This document shows positions 56,122 to 64,000 of a stretch of DNA of 64,000 nucleotides, in pieces (the stretch's first letter is position 1; each line of letters starts with the position of its first letter). Source of the stretch: Patescibacteria group bacterium (GTDB lineage: Bacteria; Patescibacteriota; Minisyncoccia; UBA6257; 2-01-FULL-56-20); assembly GCA_038063755.1 (NCBI GenBank), contig JBBTUL010000012.1:64572-128571 (forward strand), in the 5' to 3' direction. The notes beneath the pieces were generated by a model. It did not search any database and was not told the origin of the DNA. It saw nothing but the letters and a program-made list of their open reading frames with translations. A program made the position numbers and the translations under genes.

Positions 56122-58305
56122 ATGAAGCAAGTATTTCAAAATCCGAAATCCGGAAAAACGAGGACCGAAGAAATCACCCCACCGCCCGTCCGCCGTGGTG
56201 GAGTTTTCGTAAAGAATATCTTTTCCGTCATCAGTGTCGGTACCGAGAGGAGCGTCATTGCCCTGTCGAAGAAAGGGTTACTGCAAAAAGCGAAAGAGCG
56301 ACCCGATTATGTCCAGAAGTTTTTGCTTGCCGTCAGAACGAAAGGATTTCTCGCCGCGTGGAAGATGGCTCAAGCAAAACTCGCGACCGACATAGCGCTT
56401 GGCTACTCAAGCGCCGGTGAAGTGCTCTCCGTGGGCGACGACGTGGAGGAGTTCAAAGCGGGGGACAGAGTTGCATGCGCGGGGCAGGATTACGCTTCGC
56501 ACGCGGAGTATGTATTTGTTCCGAAGAATCTTTGCGCCAAGATCCCGGCCGGGGTGGCGGAAGACGAAGCCGCTTTTGCGACACTTGGCGCTATCGCCAT
56601 GCAGGGGATCAGGCGCGCGGATCTTACTCCCGGAGAAACGGTGGGCGTAATCGGTTTGGGACTCTTGGGTCAGATCGCAACCCGCACGCTCAAGGCCTAC
56701 GGCCACCGAGTCATCGGATTCGATGTAAACTCCGGCCAGATCGCGTTTGCGAAAGAAAACGGCATTGATGCGGAGGTAATCATCGGAAAAGACGATGCGG
56801 ACGGCATAGTCGCGAAACTTACCGGCGGACGCGGATTGGATGCGGTTATCGTTTACGCGAGCACGAAGAGCGATGAACCCCTGAAGCTTGCGGTGCAGGT
56901 CGTTCGTGACCGGGGGAGAATTGTTCAGGTTGGCAATGTTCTCGCCAATATTCCATGGCGCGACTTCATAGCGAAGGAACTCACGTACCACTCTTCGCGC
57001 TCCTATGGCCCTGGAAGATACGACAAGAATTACGAAGAGCGAGGGAACGACTATCCGGTCGGATATGTTCGTTGGACGGAGCGACGGAACATCGAGGAAT
57101 TTTTGCGGCTTCTCGCGGACAAGAAAATGTCGGTCAAGAATCTCATTACCAGGTCTTTCGACATCGCGGAAGCGGAGAAGGCATACGAATTGGTGTTCAA
57201 CCCCCAAGGGTTAGTGCACGGAATCGTGCTTCGTTATCCGAAAGAAGGGAAGCCCGGCCCGTCCTTTATCAGATTGCGTGAGAATAATATCGTTTCTCGG
57301 GAACCGCTTGCGAAGCCCATTATAAACATCGGACTTATCGGTATCGGATCGTTCATGAAGTCGACCGTTATTTCGCACTTGAAGGAGGTGGAAGGAGTCC
57401 AAGTTGCCGCGGTTGCGCACACGAAAGGCCTTCCCGCTAAAGAGCTCGCGAAGGAAGCGGGAGCGGAATACGTGACATCCGAGTACGAGCGCCTGATTGA
57501 AGACAAAAATATCGATCTCATCATTTGCGCCACGCGGCACAGTTCGCATGCGAAAATCGCAAAAGAGGTTCTTGCTGCGGGGAAAAACCTCTACATCGAG
57601 AAGCCGCTCGCGCTCAACAAGGAAGATTTGGACGGAGTTATGGAGGCGGCGCGAAAATCGAAAGGGAGACTTCTCGTCGGATTCAATCGAAGGTTTTCTC
57701 ATCACTTTATGGAAGCGAAAAAAGAATTCGATGGGTCGAGTACGCCGCTTAATATCCTGTATCGGGTAAACGTGGGACCACTCGAATCGAACCACTGGTC
57801 GTACGACCCGAAAGAAGGCGGAAGGATTTTAGGCGAAGCGTGTCACTTCGTCCACGCGCTTCAGTACCTCACGGGTTCGCTTCCGAAGCGTCTCTGGACT
57901 GCGGCAATTCCCGCAGGAGGATCGGTTGCTCACGAAGAGAATTTTTCACTTACGATCGAATACGAGAACGGATCGCTCGGCACCGTCTCCTACTCCGCAC
58001 TCGGGAACTTCCGCGTGCCGAAGGAATATATAGAAATATACGGCGACGGGAAGATAATGATCATCGATAACTTCAAGAGTGGCCGTGTGATCCTTCCTTC
58101 GCGAACGAAAAACCTGAATCTGCGCCATCAGGACAAGGGCTATACCCGCGAGATCGAATTGTTGGTGAAGGCAATCAAGGACGGGACGCCGTCTCCGATG
58201 TCGCTCGATGAAATTTATGCCGCGCACCTCGCATCTTTCGCGATGATCGAGTCATTAAAAACCGGTAAGCCGATTTCTTTCGAGGACGGGACACAAAAAG
58301 CCTGA
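56122..58305 (+). CDS. Bi-domain oxidoreductase (Zn-dehydrogenase-like plus Gfo/Idh/MocA)
   Basis: LGYSSAG, SYGPGRYD, EKPLA, GFNRRF. Confidence 0.92.
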   Translation: MKQVFQNPKSGKTRTEEITPPPVRRGGVFVKNIFSVISVGTERSVIALSKKGLLQKAKERPDYVQKFLLAVRTKGFLAAWKMAQAKLATDIALGYSSAGEVLSVGDDVEEFKAGDRVACAGQDYASHAEYVFVPKNLCAKIPAGVAEDEAAFATLGAIAMQGIRRADLTPGETVGVIGLGLLGQIATRTLKAYGHRVIGFDVNSGQIAFAKENGIDAEVIIGKDDADGIVAKLTGGRGLDAVIVYASTKSDEPLKLAVQVVRDRGRIVQVGNVLANIPWRDFIAKELTYHSSRSYGPGRYDKNYEERGNDYPVGYVRWTERRNIEEFLRLLADKKMSVKNLITRSFDIAEAEKAYELVFNPQGLVHGIVLRYPKEGKPGPSFIRLRENNIVSREPLAKPIINIGLIGIGSFMKSTVISHLKEVEGVQVAAVAHTKGLPAKELAKEAGAEYVTSEYERLIEDKNIDLIICATRHSSHAKIAKEVLAAGKNLYIEKPLALNKEDLDGVMEAARKSKGRLLVGFNRRFSHHFMEAKKEFDGSSTPLNILYRVNVGPLESNHWSYDPKEGGRILGEACHFVHALQYLTGSLPKRLWTAAIPAGGSVAHEENFSLTIEYENGSLGTVSYSALGNFRVPKEYIEIYGDGKIMIIDNFKSGRVILPSRTKNLNLRHQDKGYTREIELLVKAIKDGTPSPMSLDEIYAAHLASFAMIESLKTGKPISFEDGTQKA

Positions 58306-59282
58306 TGTTGAGGGATAGGATCGATTATTTCAGGCGCATCTTCAGGGTTTACCTGACCTCGGACAAGGGATACCTTTCGTTTTGGCACGAACGTCCGGCC
58401 GTGAACGAAAATCTGATTCCCGGAGAACTGGGAGGCTACTACATGACCTTCGAGGACAAGGCCTCCTATCTCGGGCCAAAAGATGACGACGGGGTGATAC
58501 TCTTCGACTATTTTGCCGACATCGGAAGACAATATAACCCTCTTGCGGTCGCGCAATACGGACTGGCACACTATAACCTATACCTGAAGACCAAGCAGCG
58601 GGAACACCTCGATGTTGCACGGGCGCAGGCCGATTGGCTCGTGAAAAATCTCGAGGAGAACGATGCGGGCATTCCTGTCTGGAAACATAACTTTCGCTGG
58701 CGCTATAAACAGTACCTCGCTCCTGGGTGGTACTCGGCGCATTCCCAGGGTACAGGGATCTCGCTTCTGGGGCGGATGTATCATACGACGGGCGACGAGC
58801 GATACTTATATACGGCGAAAGAGGCGTTTCGGGCGCTTGATACGCGCATAGGAGACGGTGGCGTAAAGTGCATCGATGCCGCGGGAAATGTATGGCTTGA
58901 AGAGTACCTCGTAGACCCTCCCACACATATCCTGAACGGTTTTCTCTGGGGGCTGTGGGGCGTCTGGGACTACTATCTTCTTACCAACGATCCGCGGGGG
59001 TCGGGTCTCTTCGGGGATTGTATTAAAACACTGCTGGGGAATCTGAAACGATACGACACAGGATATTGGTCCCTGTATGACCTCTCCCAGCAATCAATGC
59101 ACATGCTGGCGAGCCCGTTCTATCAGCGCCTCCATATCGTACAGATGCGGATAATGTTTCTGATCACACACAACCCCCTCTTTGATTTTTACTGCCGAAG
59201 GTTCACTTTGTACGAGTCCCGCGGATGGAATCGATATCGCGCGATTCTGTACAAAGCGATTTTCAAACTCTTCTACTTCTAG
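58305..59282 (+). CDS. D-glucuronyl C5-epimerase family protein
   Basis: AQYGL, WYSAHSQG, WLEEY, HILNGF, YDTGYWSLYD, YQRLHI. Confidence 0.88.
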   Translation: MLRDRIDYFRRIFRVYLTSDKGYLSFWHERPAVNENLIPGELGGYYMTFEDKASYLGPKDDDGVILFDYFADIGRQYNPLAVAQYGLAHYNLYLKTKQREHLDVARAQADWLVKNLEENDAGIPVWKHNFRWRYKQYLAPGWYSAHSQGTGISLLGRMYHTTGDERYLYTAKEAFRALDTRIGDGGVKCIDAAGNVWLEEYLVDPPTHILNGFLWGLWGVWDYYLLTNDPRGSGLFGDCIKTLLGNLKRYDTGYWSLYDLSQQSMHMLASPFYQRLHIVQMRIMFLITHNPLFDFYCRRFTLYESRGWNRYRAILYKAIFKLFYF

Positions 59283-61204
59283 GAAGCGTTGCTGCTGAAC
59301 CAGTAGTCATACCAGAGTGAGAGCGAGATGAGGTTCCAGATTCTGAAGTTGTGGTTCACCGCCCCGCTTTGATGGAGTGATATGATGCGGTCGATGTAGT
59401 CGTAATCAAGGATTCCAAGCTCGCGGAGTTTCGAATTCTTGATCGCGGCGAGAAGCGGTTCTGCCGTTTTCGGATTTTTGAGCCATTCGGTCATGGGTGC
59501 TCCGAAGCCCTGTTTTTTTCGCGAGATGATCTCGTCGGGAATAATGCCTTGCACCGCTTTCTTAAGAATATATTTCGTTATGCGTTTCTTGAGTTTCAAT
59601 TTCTCCGGTATATGGAGCGCAAGTTCGACAAGGCGTTTGTCGAGGAACGGCACGCGCGCCTCGATTGAATGGGCCATGCCCATTTTGTCCACGCGGGCGA
59701 GAAGGAGTTCGGGGAGGCGAATTTTTAGCTCAAGGTAAGTAAGTCGTTCAAGGAAGTCTGCACCGGGATGTACGCGGTCAACCTCGTCGTAGTAGCTTTT
59801 TATCGTCGCGTATTCGTGTCCTGGCGTAAGCGTTGCGCGATATTCGGGAGTAAGCAGCTGCCTTTTCTGAGAGGGAGTAAAGGCGATGGCGTTTCCCCAA
59901 AACGGTTCTTCTCCGTCCGCAAGGCGTCTAAAATACTCTTTTTGGAATTCGTATTTGCCTGAGAGAAGCGGCGAAAGCATCCAATGCGGAATTTTGCGCA
60001 GAAATCTTGGAAGATAGCGCAAAAATCTCCATCCGGCGTTGTGGAGTCGAACCGAAAGAAGATATGCGGGATATCCGGCGAAGAGCTCATCGGCTCCTTC
60101 GCCGACTTGGGCCACAATAACGCAGCTCTTCCGGATAAGCTTCGAAAGATAATAGACAAGAAAACAAATTTGATCGCCGTTCGGGTCGTCTGCAGAGAAT
60201 CCGTAATCTGGGAGGAACGCGAGGAGGTCCTTCTCGCTCACGATGAGCTCGTGCGACTTTGCCCCCAAAAGCTCAACGATCTTTCGGGAGTATTCGAACT
60301 CATTGTAATGAGGATGCTCGTCGGACCCGACGGAAAAGGTCTCGACCGGCTTCCCGATGGCCCTACTCATAAGCGTCGCGTTTGTCGAAGAGTCGATGCC
60401 GCCGGAGAGGAAACATCCGAAAGGAACGTCCGAGACCATTTGCTTTCGAATGGAGTCTGTGAGAAGAGATCTAATTTCGTGAATATATTCTTCCTCGCTT
60501 TTTTCGCTCTCGCCCTCACGCATCAGAGGATTCCAGTACTCGCGGACGTTAACGTCCGCGCCTTTTTCGATTAAGAGAAAATGAGCCGCAGGAAGCTTTT
60601 TGATATCGCGGAAAAGGGTAAGCGGCGCGGGCATACAGGCAAACGTAAGATAATAAGAAACATTTTCTTTAGCAAGTTCTTTTCTAAATGACGGGTGGGC
60701 GAGAATCGCCTTCGGCTCGGAACCAAAGTAGAACGTGTCGTCCTGGACGGCATAGTAGAAAGGTTTAATACCGATGTGGTCGCGCGCTGCAAACAAAACT
60801 TCTCGCTTTTCATCCCAGATCACAAACGCGAACATGCCGTTTAGCCTTTTTACGACATCTGTGCCGTACTCTTCGTATCCATGGAGTATCGTCTCGGTGT
60901 CCCCGTGAGTTTTAAGAGTGTGCCCTTTTTTTAGAAGGTCCTCGCGAAGCTCCTGGAAGTTGTAAATTTCACCATTGAACGTGATCCAAACAGTGCCATC
61001 TTCGTTTGTCATCGGGCACGCCGCTTCCGGAGAAAGATCGATAATCGCGAGGCGGCGCTGGCTTAGCCCAACGTTTTTGTTCTTCGAAATGAAGTTAGCG
61101 GCACCATCGGGCCCGCGATGTTTAAGCGCATCGCGCATATGCGAGAGTTCCGAATCCAAAATTTCCCCGCCTTTTAACTTATATAATCCGGATATGCCGC
61201 ACAT
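59279..61204 (-). CDS. asnB: Asparagine synthase-like glutamine amidotransferase
   Basis: MCGISG, HRGPD, FNGEIYN, LSGGIDSS, GEGADE, RVPFLD. Confidence 0.93.
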   Translation of the reverse strand: MCGISGLYKLKGGEILDSELSHMRDALKHRGPDGAANFISKNKNVGLSQRRLAIIDLSPEAACPMTNEDGTVWITFNGEIYNFQELREDLLKKGHTLKTHGDTETILHGYEEYGTDVVKRLNGMFAFVIWDEKREVLFAARDHIGIKPFYYAVQDDTFYFGSEPKAILAHPSFRKELAKENVSYYLTFACMPAPLTLFRDIKKLPAAHFLLIEKGADVNVREYWNPLMREGESEKSEEEYIHEIRSLLTDSIRKQMVSDVPFGCFLSGGIDSSTNATLMSRAIGKPVETFSVGSDEHPHYNEFEYSRKIVELLGAKSHELIVSEKDLLAFLPDYGFSADDPNGDQICFLVYYLSKLIRKSCVIVAQVGEGADELFAGYPAYLLSVRLHNAGWRFLRYLPRFLRKIPHWMLSPLLSGKYEFQKEYFRRLADGEEPFWGNAIAFTPSQKRQLLTPEYRATLTPGHEYATIKSYYDEVDRVHPGADFLERLTYLELKIRLPELLLARVDKMGMAHSIEARVPFLDKRLVELALHIPEKLKLKKRITKYILKKAVQGIIPDEIISRKKQGFGAPMTEWLKNPKTAEPLLAAIKNSKLRELGILDYDYIDRIISLHQSGAVNHNFRIWNLISLSLWYDYWFSSNAS

Positions 61205-61746
61205 TACAAAACAAATTCGTGGATCGAAGCGCTTTTAAGATTAAGCTCGATATCTTCTCCGAGCATTTTATGAAGCAGACGAATAATGCCACCGTGTGTT
61301 ACGAGGATGACGTTTCGATGGCGAGTTTTTTTGAGCTCTCTTAGAAAAGAAGTGAGGCGTGATTTGACCTCTGTGGCGGACTCTCCTCCATACGGTCGGT
61401 AATCGTATTTCAAAAGAGTTTTGTCGATATATTCCATGTCTTTTCCTGCAATCTTAGCGACCTCCTTCCATGTCTTTCCTGAGAGCGATCCAAAATCACA
61501 CTCTGAAAGTTCCTCTTTTTCAGTTATCTTCATGCCGACTTTTTTCGCGATGACATCGGCTGTCTTCCTTGCGCGCTTCAGAGGCGAAGAAAATATTGCA
61601 TCAACCTTCTCTTGGGCGAGCATGTCGGCAAGATCGTTCGCCTGAGTCTTCCCTTCGGTGTTTAGCGACAGGTCCTCCCTTCTTCCCTGAAGCTTTCCGC
61701 TTTTATTAAAATCGGTTTCTCCGTGCCTTACGACGACGAGATTCAT
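61204..61746 (-). CDS. Histidine phosphatase family protein
   Basis: VRHGET, SSPLKRA, GES, VTHGG. Confidence 0.93.
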   Translation of the reverse strand: MNLVVVRHGETDFNKSGKLQGRREDLSLNTEGKTQANDLADMLAQEKVDAIFSSPLKRARKTADVIAKKVGMKITEKEELSECDFGSLSGKTWKEVAKIAGKDMEYIDKTLLKYDYRPYGGESATEVKSRLTSFLRELKKTRHRNVILVTHGGIIRLLHKMLGEDIELNLKSASIHEFVL

Positions 61747-61829
61747 GTATGTAAGTATCCCACATTCTTGACTTTTTGTGAAGAACAGACGTATGCTGTG
61801 ATCGGCATTTTGGGAGAGGAGAAAAAGGC

Positions 61830-62186
61830 ATGAGCAAGCCTGATTTCAATGAATTTCTAACGGTGGACGTGGAAGAAGATGAGCCAAAGCTTGGAAGCGG
61901 CATATCGCACAGCTTCAGCGTTCCGATAAGGGATGTCGTTGCGGTCTTTTCGGTTCAAAACACGGGAATTCTGCATGAATACGATGTTGTTGTTGCGTTG
62001 CAGAACGGTTTGCAAATTCGCGTGGCTACAGGAATGAGATTGGATTCCGCCACGTTTGTTTTTCAGGTTCTTTCTGCTCGGTGGCATGCCAATCTTGAAA
62101 AGAGAAAGGAATGGGTTCGTAAACAGTTTAGTCCGACTATTCCGAAGGTGCCAAGCCCTACTTGCGCTTCGGGGCTTTTGGAATAG
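61830..62186 (+). CDS. Hypothetical protein (118 aa)
   Basis: TTGACT-18-TATGCT promoter, GAGGAG SD, terminator CCCGCCA-ATAATC-TGGCGGG-T7. Confidence 0.6.
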   Translation: MSKPDFNEFLTVDVEEDEPKLGSGISHSFSVPIRDVVAVFSVQNTGILHEYDVVVALQNGLQIRVATGMRLDSATFVFQVLSARWHANLEKRKEWVRKQFSPTIPKVPSPTCASGLLE

Positions 62187-62217
62187 TTTCATCCCGCCAA
62201 TAATCTGGCGGGTTTTT

Positions 62218-63540
62218 TTATTTATTCGTCACGAAGATATACCGAATGGTTCGGATGATGATGAGAAGATCAAGTACGAACGAGCGATTTTTTACGTAAT
62301 AAATATCATATTCAAGTTTCGCGCGCGCCTCTTCAAGCGAAGAGGAGGGTTTGTAGTTTATCTGCGCCCAGCCGGTTAGTCCTGGTTTTACCACATGGCG
62401 AATGTCGTAGTAGGGGATGTCCTGGTATTTTTTTGCGAGCTCGCTCCGCTCCGGACGTGGTCCGGTGAAAGAGATATCTCCCTTTATAATATTCCAAAGT
62501 TGAGGGACTTCATCGGCATGAGTAAGGCGAAGGAGCTTGCCGAGAGAAGTGATCCGGGGGTCATTCTCTTCTGTCCAGAGCGGCCAATTGTCTTTGTGAC
62601 CCTCCATTTTCATTGTTCTGAATTTATAGAGCGGGAAAAGCTTCCCGTTTTTCCCGAAGCGTTCTTGGATGAAGAGGGCTGGTCCTCGCGAGTCGATTTT
62701 TATCCCCAGCGTCACGAGAAGCGCGATGGGCGAAAGGATAATCCCGATTATAAGGCCGAGGAGAATGTCGAGCAGGCGCTTCGCGGCATCGTAGAACGGG
62801 CGGCGCATGGCAATGTGCTCGATTACCCACCCGTCCTTGATTTCGTCGAGCGGTACGCGATCGAGGATGAGTTCATAAAAATCCGAAAAACTTATGACGG
62901 CTGTTTCAAATGGAGACATGGAGTAGATAGCATGCACGATGTCCGATTTCTCCGAAAGTTTTGGCTGGACCACGATTGTTCGTGCGCCCGATTCTTTAAC
63001 TAGGGCGGGGATTTTTTTTAATTCATCTGGAGAGGCGTTCTTTATCCACCCGGCGAAGCGATAGCCCGCATGGAGGTTTTCTTCGAGATAGCGCGCGGTT
63101 TCTTCGATGCGCGGTGAGTTTCCGATTACGACAACAGGTGTTCTGCCGGAACGGAATACCGCGCCCAAGAAGGTCCTCCAGAGATAGCTCTCAAGAAAGA
63201 ATACAGTCGTAAAGATGAGGAGATTTGTTTTTGGCGCAAGCTCAAAGAACGGGCCGAAAAGATAGAAAAGAACCACGGAGGCGATTGCGGATATCGCGGT
63301 TGCAAGCGTCAGCTCGCTTGCAATGATGCTTTGCGTCCGGAAAGATTTTTGGCGGTAGAGATCAGCAAGATAAAAAACGAAAAGCCAAATAAGGAATATA
63401 GCCGAAAACGGGAGTGCGTGGTCTTCCAGGCGATCAAAAAAAAGATTTCGAGGGTAGCGTATAAAAAGCGTGACGGCAAGAGCGAAGAAAAGAAGTGCAA
63501 CGTCGCTTGCGGCGAGAAGCAATTTCTTTATTGTTGGCAT
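62218..63540 (-). CDS. Polyprenyl-phosphate glycosylphosphotransferase (WcaJ/WbaP-like initiating sugar transferase)
   Basis: KRLLDI, YKFRTM, DEVPQLWN, GPRPER, KPGLTGWAQIN. Confidence 0.93.
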   Translation of the reverse strand: MPTIKKLLLAASDVALLFFALAVTLFIRYPRNLFFDRLEDHALPFSAIFLIWLFVFYLADLYRQKSFRTQSIIASELTLATAISAIASVVLFYLFGPFFELAPKTNLLIFTTVFFLESYLWRTFLGAVFRSGRTPVVVIGNSPRIEETARYLEENLHAGYRFAGWIKNASPDELKKIPALVKESGARTIVVQPKLSEKSDIVHAIYSMSPFETAVISFSDFYELILDRVPLDEIKDGWVIEHIAMRRPFYDAAKRLLDILLGLIIGIILSPIALLVTLGIKIDSRGPALFIQERFGKNGKLFPLYKFRTMKMEGHKDNWPLWTEENDPRITSLGKLLRLTHADEVPQLWNIIKGDISFTGPRPERSELAKKYQDIPYYDIRHVVKPGLTGWAQINYKPSSSLEEARAKLEYDIYYVKNRSFVLDLLIIIRTIRYIFVTNK

Positions 63541-63603
63541 ATAAAAACATCCTACCACAGCACGCTTTGTATGGGGAGGCGTGTTTTTACTCCGCGAATT
63601 GTT

Positions 63604-64000
63604 CTAAGAAATCCTTAAAAGCCGATGCAGTGACGGAGGGATGAAGCGCAGCAACGATTGTTCCCGTGTGAAAAAGAGAATTGCAAAGTACGCAAGGGCG
63701 CCAAAACAGACCGAGAGGAGAACGTGCATTTCAAAGCTCGACAGGAGCCAAACCAAAAGACCCATGATGAGAGAGGACGGAATAATCTTTTTAAGGTGTG
63801 GAAGGGTGGTAAAACCGCTAGTTTTTTTGAGCGTGATCCATATGGCTCCCGTCGAAAGCACTTGGGCGACAACGGTCGCGATCGCGGCTCCTGCAATTCC
63901 ATACGGCGGGATAAGGAAGTAGTTAAGAATAACGTTTCCGATTGCTCCCAGGCCGAGCGATGTTATAAAGATTTTTTGTTTTCCTGCCGCAAAAACGGCG
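63604..64000 (-). CDS. Wzx-like flippase, C-terminal part (5' outside window)
   Basis: Manual translation ...GNVILNYFLIPPYGIAGAAIATVVAQV.... Confidence 0.85.
   Translation of the reverse strand, partial: AVFAAGKQKIFITSLGLGAIGNVILNYFLIPPYGIAGAAIATVVAQVLSTGAIWITLKKTSGFTTLPHLKKIIPSSLIMGLLVWLLSSFEMHVLLSVCFGALAYFAILFFTREQSLLRFIPPSLHRLLRIS

Overview
Bacterial chromosomal window with tightly packed, often leaderless-looking genes. Gene content and style suggest a Patescibacteria/CPR (Parcubacteria-like) genome, which is inference only. 1-16 kb is an accessory-rich stretch: two P-type ATPases, a pilH/I/G-like ABC trio, a 73-bp direct-repeat-flanked insert encoding a JAB/RadC-like protein, a TrmB regulator and orphan genes. 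It ends in a nested repeat array downstream of tmRNA that carries a small GIY-YIG nuclease but no integrase. 16-32.6 kb holds core genes (ssrA, smpB, argS, ileS with an inserted histidine-phosphatase domain, trpS, rnj, tRNA-Leu, secG, gpmI, rny) with self-contained orphan genes between them. 32.6-64 kb is a >31 kb surface-glycan locus (ligase, Wzy-like polymerase, Wzx, WcaJ-like transferase, GT2/GT4s, Gmd, WecB/WecC, AsnB, C5-epimerase, carbamoyltransferase module, methyltransferases, SGNH proteins). The best candidate for an undescribed system is the ssrA-3'-anchored repeat/GIY-YIG cassette array at about 13.0-16.1 kb. No CRISPR array, reverse transcriptase, transposase or integrase was recognised.
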